Below, in pieces: positions 23,490 to 36,355 of a stretch of DNA of 64,000 bases. Below the pieces are notes generated by a model. It worked only from the letters and a program-made list of their open reading frames with translations. It did not search any database and had not been told where the DNA came from. Source of the DNA: Octopus sinensis (lineage: Eukaryota); the NCBI RefSeq assembly GCF_006345805.1, contig NC_043020.1, forward strand, positions 27,590,001 to 27,654,000, written 5' to 3'. Position numbers and translations under genes: made by a program. Within the stretch, counting starts at the first letter, position 1, and the number at the start of each line of letters is the position of its first letter.

Positions 23490-24195
23490 ATGATGGCTTC
23501 CCCCTCGTTATCGAGTATGGCCATTGCAAGAAGCTTAACTGTTACTGGTGCTGTGATCGAATGTGACTTTTTAGCCCAGCTAAAGATCTACAATGTCTTG
23601 TACAAAATTGGCAGCTAAAACCTTTACTGGTAATAGCCGGCTCTAGTTGTAACTGGGCTTCATGTGCCTTTGCATGTCGTTTAAGTCCTCCTGCCGAATT
23701 ACACTCTCTTCCGCATGCCCGACAGATATGATTAGTATGGTTTGTTACACCACCACCAGTGGCCAGGTTGTCACTCATCTGTCTCGTTTTATGACTACGA
23801 AGATGACTCATGAGTCCAGCTTTACTGAGGCAGGGTCTTGCACAGACATTGCATGTCAGAATCAAAGGAAGACCCTTCCCTTCTGGAAGTGTAACAGCGA
23901 TGCCCTTCCTGACATCCCTCCTTACTTTCTCATGTGCAACTCGAGATTTCTCAAATGTGGCTGTCCCCTCATGCACAATCCTTCTCCACCTGCTACGATC
24001 AATAGCTATGCCTTCTCATGTGTCAGGAGAGATGCAAGCATCTCTTAAGGAAGCCTTCAGTAAGTCCTTATACCTCTTTTTTGGTTTGTGGAGGTCGTTC
24101 TCCTTTGGCTAACTCTCCATAAAAGAGTTGTTTTGGCATCCTTGAATACTTCCTTCTGACCAGATGACCACTCCATCTGAGCCTTTGCTTTAAAC
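23490..24195 (-). mobile_element. 5'-truncated RTE-clade (BovB-like) LINE with three C-terminal C2H2 zinc fingers
   Basis: Translates LKQRLRWSGHLVRR..SRMPKQLFYGEL..G...KKRYKDLLKASL...DRSRWRRIVHEG, then CNVC..HLRSH, CRAC..HAKAH, CQFC..HIRSQH. One stop and one frameshift upstream of the fingers. Confidence 0.85.
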
Positions 24196-24769
24196 ATACA
24201 TACACATATATATGTATGTATATTTGCTTTATTGATAAATCTGCAAAGACATCACAAAAACTGTTAATCAGAGTTTCACAAAACGGGAACGTGAAACTCT
24301 GAGTAACAGATTTTTTTTTATGTCTTCTAAGCTTTATTAATAACTCTGATAGGTTTCGGCCAGTAAAGGCTGAAACCTATCAACAACACATTACTCTACC
24401 TCCAGTATTTGAATAGCACCATCACCACCACCAATACCACTATCACAGCCATCACTACCAACACCATCGCCACCATCACCATTATCACCACTACCAACAA
24501 TGCCATCGCATCACCACCACCACCACCACCACCACCACCACTGCCGCCACCACCATTACCACCACCACCACCACCACCGTTAAATCTGAGGCTAAGACCA
24601 CAGGTTCTATTTTCCCCACCTTGTTTCACATTTATGTGCTTACTCTGGTATATATATATATATATATATATCCGGCAGGACAATTGAGACTATAACCCGT
24701 GGCCTCTACCTGGGATGTAGCCAGCCCACTTATGCATACCTTTCCTTCTTGTGACACAAACCCTACTTG

Positions 24770-25235
24770 TGAAGACCTGTTGAGGCAAGTGAAAATCAAA
24801 ATCAAAATCGAAATCGATCAACATCAATGCAAATTGTAGCTGTGATACCAGTGCCAATGGCACGTAAGAGAATCATCTGAATGTGGCCGTTGCCAGCGCC
24901 GCCCCAACTGGCCTCCGTGCCGGTGGCACGTAAAAAGCACCATCCGATTGTGGCCATTGCCAGCCTCATCTGGCCCCCATGCCGGTGGCACATAAAAAGC
25001 ACCATCCAATTGTGGCCGTTTGCCAGCCTCGTCTGGCACCTGTGCAGGTGGCACGTAAAAAGCACCCACTACACTCACGGAGTGGTTGGTGTTAGGAAGG
25101 GCATCCAGCTGTAGAAACACTGCCAGATCAGACTGGAGCCTGGCGCAGCCTTCTGGCTTCCCAGACCCCAGTTGAACCGTCCAACCCATGCTAGCATGGA
25201 GAACGGACGTTAAACGATGATGATGATGATGATGA
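24770..25235 (+). mobile_element. SINE-like family A copy with expanded internal subrepeats
   Basis: Same 5' part as 6215-6597, four GTGGCAC.TAAAAAGCACC units, (GAT)n tail. Confidence 0.8.
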
Positions 25236-25282
25236 TATATATATATGTGTGTGTATATATATATATATATATATAAATTATA

Positions 25283-25733
25283 AGAGAGTTACCACTATGT
25301 GGATAGCTCTAGTGCTAAAAATAGCTCCGTTACTAGTATAGCCGCAGAAAGATGTTTCTAAGAAGAAATAACATAGTGGTAACTCTCTAATAATTTAAGT
25401 ATAAATTTGTATTATCTCCCTAGTTTTATGTGCTAAGCCACTTGGTGTTAAACTGATGGTATTATTAAATTAATATCAAATTTTTCACCCTCATTTATAA
25501 ATATATATAAATATATATATATTAGAAGAAATGAGGTACTCAGAAATCTGGATGGTTTTACATTTACAGATTTTTATTAATATGTCACGTGTTTTTATAA
25601 ATCATATATTAGTGCTTGCATTTACACTAGTAGAATCTCCTGATTATAAAAACAGGTGACATACTAATAAAAATCTGTAAATGTAAAACCATCCAGATTT
25701 CTGAGTACCTTATTTCTTCTAATATATATATAT
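25283..25733. repeat. Two adjacent fold-back structures in TA context
   Basis: 18-bp arms at 25283-25300/25371-25388 and ~80-bp arms at 25521-25600/25643-25723. Confidence 0.85.
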
Positions 25734-25836
25734 ATTATTTACGTTATTTACATTTGACGGATATTTGTCCTCATCTTGTTTGTTGTTAACAGTTTCGGCT
25801 GATATACCCTCCAGCCTTCATCAGTTATCATCATCA

Positions 25837-25888
<52 letters not shown>

Positions 25889-25924
25889 CATTATTATTAA
25901 CCACTATGCCATACACCCATAAGC

Positions 25925-26192
25925 ATATGGCATAGTGGTTAAGTGCACGAGCTACCAACCCCAAGATTCCGAGTTCGATTCCAGACAGTGACCTGAATAA
26001 TAATAATAATAATAATAACATAGAAAAATACCTTAGGAATGAGAACCCAGGTTCGAAAATTCCCCAAGACACCTGATGAAAGCTGGAGGGTATACCAGCC
26101 GAAATGTTGTGTTAACAACAAACAAGATGAGGACAAATATCTGTCAAATGTAAATAACGTAAATAATTCCTCATCTCTTAAATATAGAACTG
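25925..26192 (+). mobile_element. tRNA-headed SINE-like composite: A/B-box head, (AAT)n, hammerhead tail
   Basis: A-box TGGCATAGTGG at 25928-25938, B-box GAGTTCGATTCC at 25971-25982, (AAT)n, then family H1 tail. Confidence 0.7.
26068..26112 (+). ncRNA. Type I minimal hammerhead ribozyme motif (mutated stems II/III)
   Basis: gacac-CTGATGA-aagctgg..ccagcc-GAAA-tgtt-gtgt. Confidence 0.5.
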
Positions 26193-26549
26193 AAATTGAC
26201 CCAGCTACTTATTCTTTTTCAAAACCTGGTATTTATTCTATTGGTCTCTTCTGAGGATGTTAACAAACCAACACTGGTTGTTAGGTGGTGGTGGTGGTGG
26301 TGAGAGACAAATGTTAACCTACAGAAAAGCTTTCCTCTGTCAGGTCTTTTTTATATATTTTTTTTTCTCTTGGTAGAAATGCCGGTCCTTTGCAAACCCG
26401 TTTTTACTTCTGGGAAGAGGAGGTCTGTCTTCATCTGGTCTCTTATCCTTTGACCTGCCCAGCATGGGAGGCCTTATAAAAAGCCTGTGCTCTGCTGGCA
26501 AAGCTCCCAAGGTCCTTGAGCCTACACACCACAACATGGTAGTTGTAGC

Positions 26550-26940
26550 TTGTTGCTCAGCTTAAATTTGTGTAAACTGATGTAGTTTGGTGTTCAGCTT
26601 GCGTGCAACCATGCACTTCGATCTTAAACTTGTTTTTGTCAAAGAATCTATCACTCAGCTTAAAACAACACAAACAAATCCAGTTTGACCCTCAGCTAAA
26701 ACTTGAATTGCTAGAAACTCAGCTTAAACTTGTGGAGGCTCATGTAGTTAGGTGCTTGGCTTAAGCACAAGTAGGTTGATGTAGCTTGTTGCTAATTTTA
26801 AACTTGTGTAAACTGACTCAGTTTGGTGCACATCTTGCGTAGGTTTATGCAGTTAGATCTCAGCTTAAACTGGAGTAGGTTAATAGTTTGGTGCTCAGCT
26901 CAAATTGAGTAGATTTATGTCGTTAGATGCTCAGTTTGGC
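26550..26940. repeat. Degenerate minisatellite with a CTCAGCTTAAA motif
   Basis: Motif recurs about every 40-50 bp. Confidence 0.6.
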
Positions 26941-27124
26941 CCTTAGCACACTGCGTTTTCCATAGAATTGTTTACCCTGCCACTGCTGTTACTACAGGGG
27001 AGAGAACTCATACAGTAACATGATGCACCTACAGTGTGCTAAAGGTTTAACGTGTGTACGTTCACACAGTGTATTGCTCAGCTTAACTCTTTAGCATTTA
27101 AACTGGCCATATCTGACCCAAAAA

Positions 27125-27290
27125 TGGTTTCAACTGGTAGAATTGTTAGCACACCGGGCAAAATGCTTATCGGTATTTCATCTGCCGTTACATTCTGAGT
27201 TCTAATTCCGCCGAGGTCGACTTTGCCTTTCATCCTCTCAAGGTCGATTAAATAAGTACCAGTTATGCACTTGGGTCGATATAATCAACT
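27125..27290 (+). mobile_element. SINE family B copy
   Basis: GGTAGAATTGTTAGCACACCGGGCAAAATGC...GTCGACTTTGCCTTTCATCC. Confidence 0.75.
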
Positions 27291-28249
27291 TAATCCATTT
27301 GTCTGTCCTTGTTTGTCCTCTCTGTGTTTAGCCCCTTGTGGGTAGTAAAGAAATATATATAATTAAGATCAAAACTGTTAATATATGAATGCGAAAGAGA
27401 TTGTTGAATAACTGTAAACCTACTTTGGGGCCACCCTGTACATGTGTGTGTGTGTGTGTGTGTATAAGATGGTCTTTCAGTTTCCGTCTGCCAAATCCAC
27501 TGAGAAGGCTTTGGTCAGCCTGGGGCTATAACTGATAATACTTGCTCAAGGGTGCCATGCAGTGGGGCAGAACTTGGAACAATTTGGTTAGGAAGCATAC
27601 TTCTTGTTACACAGCCATGCCTGTGCCTATAAAACCAACAGATGGGATGGTCATGACTGGAACACTTTTAGATCATAAATCTCTGCTGGATAAGAATCGA
27701 CCTGGAAGTGCCAAACATTAAACCAAGATAACAACAACAACAACAACGCATCAATTATGAAGCATCAAAAAAACATAATTTATTTTAGAATAAAAATGTA
27801 ATTACAAGAAACCGGATGAGGAATGGAATCGCAAAAAATTTACACCATTCCAAATATTTCAAGACAAAAAAAAAAATATTTTCTGTTTTATTTGTTTAAT
27901 TTAAAAAAAAAAAAAATTGGGTAGAAACAAACGAAAAATAAAAAAAAATAAACAAGATAAACGAACAACAACAATGAAAAAAAAAGAGAAAAAAAATCCA
28001 AATGTTTACCATAGATTTATTTTATACACGTGTGTGTGTGTGTGAGTGTGTGTGCATGTGTGTGTATGATAGGTTTGCCTCCACACACAATTTACAGCCA
28101 TTTTATGATTCTTTTTTTGTCAGCTAAATCAAACAAGTCTGTGGGGTGGGAGGGTCATGTGTTTTTTTTTTGTTTTCAAACCACTCCCGAAATTATACAA
28201 ACATCAACGTAATAATAATTAATAATAATAATGATAATAATAATGATAA

Positions 28250-28692
28250 TCCTTTCTACGATAGGCACAAGGCCTGAAATTTTGGGGGATGGGGAAAGTC
28301 GATCACATCGACCCCAGGACATGACTGGTACTTAATTTTTTGACCTCCAAAAGGATGATAGGCAAAGTCGACCTTGGCAGAATTTGAACTCAGAATGTAG
28401 CGACGGGCGAAATGTCATTAAGAATTCTGCCTGGTGTGCTAACGATTCTGCCAGCTTGCCACCTTAATTATTAATAATAATGATGATAATGGTTTCTAAT
28501 AAAAGCACAAAGGCCTGGAATTCGGAGGAAAGGAGGAACTGTCAATTGGTTGGCACTTTACTTTGTCGACCCCTGGAAAGGATGGAAGGCAAAGTCCACC
28601 TAGGCAGGATTTGAACTCAGAATGCAAAAGGGCCAGAGCAAAACACAGCAATGTGTTTTATCCGACACTTTAGCAATTCTGCCAGTCTACCA
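28250..28692 (-). mobile_element. Two family B SINEs
   Basis: Reverse-complement motifs GGCAAAGTC.ACCT.GGCAG.ATTTGAACTCAGAA...ATTCTGCCAG, twice. Confidence 0.7.
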
Positions 28693-29017
28693 ATAATAAT
28701 AATAATAATAAAAACTAACAAAACAACAGTAAAAATAATAGTAATGTCAATAATAATAATAATAATAACAAAAAAAATAATAATATTGATAATAATAATT
28801 TTTATAACATCAATGTCACCGTAACAAACATGTTTTTTTTTGGATTTAATGTGTCCGTTTTCCAAGTCCATCTTCATCTTCTTGAAGTTCAATGTATGTT
28901 TTTTTTTATCTGTTATATTTTTTTACATGTGTATGTGTGTATATATACATGTTTTGTAATTTTACACCTGTATAAATTTTGTATTTTCCATGCATTTCTT
29001 ATGAAATGAACATTGCG

Positions 29018-29055
<38 letters not shown>

Positions 29056-30141
29056 TATAGATATAGATATATATATACATATATATATATTATATACACA
29101 TATGTACATATCATTTCCTTCATTATCGTTATTACTATTATACAACATATAAATTACACATCTTTTTTTATATTGTTATTATAATTTTTATTATGTGTGT
29201 GTGTATATATATATATGTATGCAGTCTTTACATGTGTGTGTGAGTGTTTATGTGTATATAACTCATATTCAAAATTTTTTAATATTTTTTTTTTTACACA
29301 TTTGTATATATAAATATATTATGAGTTCATTATATAACAGTTTTAGCAAGTGTATATATATGCCCTTTGTGTATGTGTGTATGGCACAGTTCACAATGTT
29401 TTTTTTTAACCCCTACATATTTCTCCAGGTCGGGGAGTTGAATCCCCACCCCCACAAAAAAAAACAAACAAAAGGTCCATGATTGTACATCAGTAAAAAC
29501 AGTTCCATTTCTCATCACAAATTCACCAATTTTCAGACGATTGGTCAGTCCTCAAAGACATATACATAATATATATATACACACATACATATATATATAA
29601 TATATATACACACTTTATTTGATTATTGTCTCAATTTGATTTTTTTTTTCTCTTTAAGTTAGGTTTTTGTTGTAATTTTCCAATTTGTTATTGTCATTTC
29701 TTTTGCATTTTTTTGTTTTTGTTTTATGTTGGTGGTTTTGATTTTAGTCCAGCTGAAGAAATTTAAATAAAAAATATCCAATTTCTGTATCCTTGAAAAT
29801 TATTTCGTCTGTCCATGTGTTCAGCCGTCCATCCATCAATCCGTCCGTCCGTCCGTCGGTTCATCCAAATGTCAATCTCTTATTCCAAATATACATTATC
29901 CATATATACATTAACACATTATATTAGACATAAACAAACAAACACACACACATATTTTATATATCAATTCCTTATCAATCCATCAATCCACCATCCAAAC
30001 ATCCGCCATTCTATCCTTTGGGAATATACACTCATGATGTGAAAGAAACAATAGATATCTGTATGCAAGCGCATGTATATACATATATATACATCTGTAA
30101 CATAGACAAATACTGGTTTTCCGCGCTAGCACGGGTTGGAC

Positions 30142-30185
<44 letters not shown>

Positions 30186-30243
30186 GTGTGTGTGTATCTG
30201 TGTGTCTGTATTTAAGCCTACTTTTGTGTAAAATTTTTATGCA

Positions 30244-30285
<42 letters not shown>

Positions 30286-31152
30286 TGTGTTTGTGGTTTG
30301 GAATAATTCGAGATGAGAATCCATCATGTGTAGAGAATCTGTAGCAACGACCACTGATATCTTGCGATCCATCTTTTTTTTTCCTTTTTATTACATAGGT
30401 GATGTTACTCATTATTTTAGTTCAAAAGGGTCATCATATATCTACGTTATTTGCAAAGAAAATTCAAGAACAAAAAGAGAAAAAAAACGTAGTTTTATAA
30501 AGTGGGGATTCTACAGTGGAATTATGTAAGAAAAATTAAACAAATTTGACTGATTGTTCCAAGACAGGACAACATGGTGTAGGTTCGTAAAGGAATTCTA
30601 CCATCGTATTGTCACAATACGAAAAATAGGAATTAAAATGTAAAATATTTGGTTGAAAATTGTTCTAGGGTGTTATTATTGTCCAGATTATTCCGAAATG
30701 ATTAAGATCTATTTATGTTAAGATTTAATTTATTATTACGAAAAGTGGAATAACCATCGAAGACACCAGTCAAGTAAACATCTCCATTAGGATTTTTTTT
30801 TGTTACAATAGGGAAAAAAAAAAGAGATTTCTGTGTGTGTGTGTGTTTGGTGTGGTGTTGTTTTTGTGTGATTGCGTCTGAGCAAAGGAGAATTATACAT
30901 GGAAGATATAGACATAACTTATATTATCTTTCGTTTAGTTTTTTAATGTGTTTATCTGTTGTTTTTTTTTTCACGCAAAAAACAACAACAAAAAGAAAAG
31001 TAGGGATGTATTTTCCGAGCAAAAAAAAAACCAACAACAACAACAACAACAAGAGAAAAAAATGAAAGATTGTCTATTTTCTAATGATTATGAGAAATGA
31101 AACGAGAAAGAGAGATGAACAAGCAGCTGGAGAAAGTATTACAACAGCAATC

Positions 31153-31210
<58 letters not shown>

Positions 31211-31223
31211 GTGTGTATATGTA

Positions 31224-31264
<41 letters not shown>

Positions 31265-31273
<9 letters not shown>

Positions 31274-32276
31274 TGTGTGTGTGAATGGCATAATATTTGG
31301 GGAATCGGGAGTCGGGTGGATTGGGTTAGTGGTTGGTGATAAGGTAGGTGGGTAGGTGTTGAATTTTTGGAAGCGATATGAGTTTTTCAGATTCACCTCT
31401 GACCCTTCTGGGCCTTACAAGAAATAAGCTGTATGCCAGTCATGCCAGTTATGTGTGTATATGTGTGTGTGTGTATACATACACGTGCACACGAGGAGAT
31501 GCAAAGTTCTATTTGGGTTGGAGGGAATTATTTTTCAAGATTTTAACGTATTTAAAAAAATAAAAAAAAATTCATCAATTTTAATGATATCATCACCATC
31601 ATCATCATCGTCCTGATCTACATTATTATGTTATACACACGTTTGTCTGTATGTATATGTGAGTGTTAATGGACTATGGAGATAGAAGTGAGTCGATGGG
31701 GGTGACAGGTCGAGAAACTGACACAAAGTTTGATAGAGACAGAAGGATAACTAGAAAGGTAGACAGATATAGAGAAGAGATTTTAATGTGATTAACATTA
31801 GGGCTGAGACCTTAATGGTTTAATTATCGCTCATCAAATGCAGCCAAAGTGCATCTACGCACACATACATATATACACACATACACATTCACAAACAGTT
31901 TGTGTTGGTTGGCCTGAGGCTTTTGTAGAAGAAACTAAACTCAAAATCCACATGTTGTAACGCAACCTTCTTAACTACGCAATATCATAATCATCATCGT
32001 TTAAAGTCCGCTTTCTATGCTGGCATGGGTTGGATGGTTTGGCTGAGGATTAGCAAGCCAGGAAGCTGCACCAGGCTCCAATCTGATCTGGCAAGGTTTC
32101 TACGGCTGGATGCCCTTCTTCCTAACGCTGACCACTCCAAGAGTGTAGTGGGTGCTTTTTATGTGCCACTGGCATGGGGGCCAGTCAGGTGGCACTGGCA
32201 TCGACAATGCTCGAATGGTGCCTTTTACTTGCCACCGGCACGGGAGCCGGTCACACTGGCAACAACCCATATATAT

Positions 32277-32310
<34 letters not shown>

Positions 32311-32357
32311 CTGACAGATAGATAAATATAGAGAGATAGATGTATACACATACATAC

Positions 32358-32388
<31 letters not shown>

Positions 32389-33457
32389 TGTGTGTGTGAA
32401 TGGCATAATATTTGGGGAATCGGGAGTCGGGTGGATTGGGTTAGTGGTTGGTGATAAGGTAGGTGGGTAGGTGTTGAATTTTTGGAAGCGATATGAGTTT
32501 TTCAGATTCACCTCTGACCCTTCTGGGCCTTACAAGAAATAAGCTGTATGCCAGTCATGCCAGTTATGTGTGTATATGTGTGTGTGTGTATACATACACG
32601 TGCACACGAGGAGATGCAAAGTTCTATTTGGGTTGGAGGGAATTATTTTTCAAGATTTTAACGTATTTAAAAAAATAAAAAAAAATTCATCAATTTTAAT
32701 GATATCATCACCATCATCATCATCGTCCTGATCTACATTATTATGTTATACACACGTTTGTCTGTATGTATATGTGAGTGTTAATGGACTATGGAGATAG
32801 AAAGTGAGTCGATGGGGGTGACAGGTCGAGAAACTGACACAAAGTTTGATAGAGACAGAAGGATAACTAGAAAGGTAGACAGATATAGAGAAGAGGATTT
32901 TAATGTGATTAACATTAGGGCTGAGACCTTAATGGTTTAATTATCGCTCATCAAATGCAGCCAATAGTGCATCTACGCACACATACATATATACACACAT
33001 ACACATTCACAAACAGTTCGTGTTGGTTGGCCTGAGGCTTTTGTAGAAGAAACTAAACTCAAAATCCACATGGTTGTAACGCAACCTTCTTAACTACGCA
33101 ATATCATAATCATCATCGTTTAAAGTCCGCTTTCTATGCTGGCATGGGTTGGATGGTTTGGCTGAGGATTAGCAAGCCAGGAAGCTGCACCAGGCTCCAA
33201 TCTGATCTGGCAAGGTTTCTACGGCTGGATGCCCTTCTTCCTAACGCTGACCACTCCAAGAGTGTAGTGGGTGCTTTTTATGTGCCACTGGCACGGGGGC
33301 CAGTCAGGTGGCACTGGCATCGACAATGCTCGAATGGTGCCTTTTACTTGCCACCGGCACGGGAGCCAGTCACACTGGCAACAACCCATATATATATATA
33401 TATATATATACTGACAGATAGATAAATATAGAGAGATAGATGTATACACATACATAC

Positions 33458-33480
<23 letters not shown>
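31265..33480. repeat. ~1.12-kb near-identical tandem duplication (each unit contains a family A copy)
   Basis: 31265-32380 and 32380-33480 align with an offset of 1115-1119 and only a few SNPs/1-bp indels. Confidence 0.9.
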
Positions 33481-33488
<8 letters not shown>

Positions 33489-34707
33489 AAGTCTTTTGAT
33501 ATGTTCTAGAAAACCAAAACAGAAAAAAATAACCCCAAAATATGCGATGAACAATAAATAAATAAATAAATAAACGAATGACAGAATGACGGAATGACGG
33601 AATGAAATTCCTCACAGAATATTTTCGGATTGTCAAAGTGTTTGACGTGAGGAATGAAATAGCAACAATATCGGGTTTCTCTTTCTCTCCCTCTTCCTCC
33701 CTCCTTACTAGTTCCAATCCCCAGACCTCGTTTCCCCACCACGACCACCACCGAAGAGCAAGCAAACAAACAAACAGAGGTAATACTTCCTGTTCAGCAA
33801 GTTATACAAATATCTGGCGTCAGTGGGATAAGGGGATAAGGGGTTCGTCCTAACCAGCTATGTCAAATATGCCTTAACCCTTTTTTTATCCGATTCGTCT
33901 TGTCTCCACCCCCTCCTCGCTCCTTGCGTGGTGGTGGTGGTGGTGGGAGCATGGTTATGGGGAAGCAGGCTGGGTTTGAAACGTGTACTGGTAACATATA
34001 AAGTGTGTGTGTGTGTGTGTAAATAAAGGGTCGAAGTGATGGTAATAAAGGTGTGAAAAATGGGGCGATGGGGTGAGCGATGGTGGAAAATGAAGAAGTA
34101 AAGGGTTGGTTTGTTTTCTTTCTTTTTTGAAGATGGTGTCGGCGTAGGAGATGTTTGAGGTGGGTGCAATGAAAGAAAGAGAGGTGGGGGGGGGTGAAGA
34201 AGAGGGGTAGTATGAGGGATAGGGGAAAGAGAAATGTGCACATCTACCTCTGTATCTATCTATCTATTTACCTGCCTACCTGTCTATCTATTTACCTGTC
34301 TACCTACCTATCTATCTATCTTTGTGTGTGTGTGTGTGATCAATAGAGAATCAACCAACCAGCAGTTGAGAAATCCCTATCTATACTGTCCTCCTCTTCC
34401 TTCTCCTCATCATCATCAACATCATCATCATCGTTGGTGTTGACGTGGCAGGGATTTGAACTCAGAACCTACGAGAGCCAAAAGAAATACAGCAAGGCAC
34501 TGTAACGATCCCGCCAATCCACCGCCCCCAAAATAATATTAATAATAATAATAATAACAAAAACTTATTGTTTAAGTTCACAAATTTTCTTTTTTGGGTG
34601 TGGGGTACAGGATGAGGAGGGGGTTGATAATACAACGTCCCCACCCCAAGTATATGAATGGTACTTATGTTACCAACCTGAGAAAGATGTGAATCCACTG
34701 CCCTTTG

Positions 34708-34749
<42 letters not shown>

Positions 34750-36312
34750 TTGATGGGAATAATTCAAAAGTTCTTCCGAGTTATATAGTCAACAGCAGTT
34801 TGAAAGAAAGGAACATGCACACACACACACGGAATCCTCACCAACAACTTAAGATCAATTTCCTGACATTTTTCCAAGAATGCCAGTTCAATATCACAGA
34901 ATTGCAGGATTATAATCCAGATAAAAAAGGGAATATTATTATTATTATTCATTTTTGTTTCTTGAGCAAATCTGATCCCGGATTTTCTAGATTTCCCAGC
35001 GTAGAAAGAAATTAGTGGGGGGGAAAAAAAGTTTTTTTTTAATGAATATATTGGTAAATTTGACATGGTATAAATTTGAGCATTTCCAAATGTAATTTTT
35101 TTTTAAGGGGAAAAAAAAATTTTTTTAAGGAAAAAAAATTTTTTTAAGGAAAAAGAATTTTTTTAATTGTTTCCTAATATTGAAAAAACATATAATTTCA
35201 ATTTATATATTTATATATGTATATATATATATATTGGTCAATTTTATATATATTATGAAATAATAATGAATATTGATAATGATTTATATAACAAAGCCAT
35301 AATGAAACAAATTATTTGATTTGTTTTACGGTTTTTTTTTTTCTGATTTCGGATGGAGGGTGGGTGGATATTTGATTAAATTGAACTTTGATATATATTC
35401 AACCGGTATTTTATTTTAATAAAGTCCCCACCGTTCGGTCATTAAAAAAAAAAAAAATGCGTGGGGTTGGGAGGGGGCGCAAGTGCCCCACCCCCACCCT
35501 GCTGGTGGTGGTATTTGAACTCAGAACATATAGAGTGAGGCGTAACTTAACACCAGCAAGTGATTTTTTGTGCAATGCTCGCTCGACTACTACTTCAGCT
35601 AATCCACGACTTTTTCTGATGTGGCGGATATTACAGTATCACATATATACATATATATATATATAGTCGTTGTGAGATATTTTGTAGTGGGTATCAAGAT
35701 ATCCACTTAGTGGTGAGTAAATGTGTGATATAAACGATATAAAGATGTTTGATAAACACCAAATGCTCGTGGTTGCTGATGGCAGCCTTCAAACACACAG
35801 AGCCTGAAATCTGACTTGGGGCTCTCTCTCTCATCCAAAAGCTAAGCTGACCCAAGCAAAAGCTAGCCCAGATCAAGCAGACCAATGATTAGAGGCTTTC
35901 CTGCCTTGACCATCCTGTCTTTTAAGCAGTATACATGTATACAGGACTACATCGTCTAATTCAAGGTATGATGAAAAGTCATGAAGGGTGTGATTTATTT
36001 CGACTGCATGGAGGCCCCCTCAAGGGCTCGGTTGAGCGAATGTAGGCAGACTTTGATGTCATGGAAGTGAATATTACAACTGTTTCTTCTGATGTCCGTC
36101 ACCCTGTAATATAGACAGATGTTGTCCTAGCGACAGTATACAAATCTCACATGAGGATAACAAATTAACGACGAATGAGCCTTATATAGCAGCACTGGGT
36201 GAGAAAAGAAACCTCGTAGCGGTTTCTCGTCATTGTTCATAAGTCATGATTAACGCTCATTGTATAATCGTAATAGCTTATATAGACAGCAGCCAAATAT
36301 ATACATCCATCT

Positions 36313-36355
<43 letters not shown>

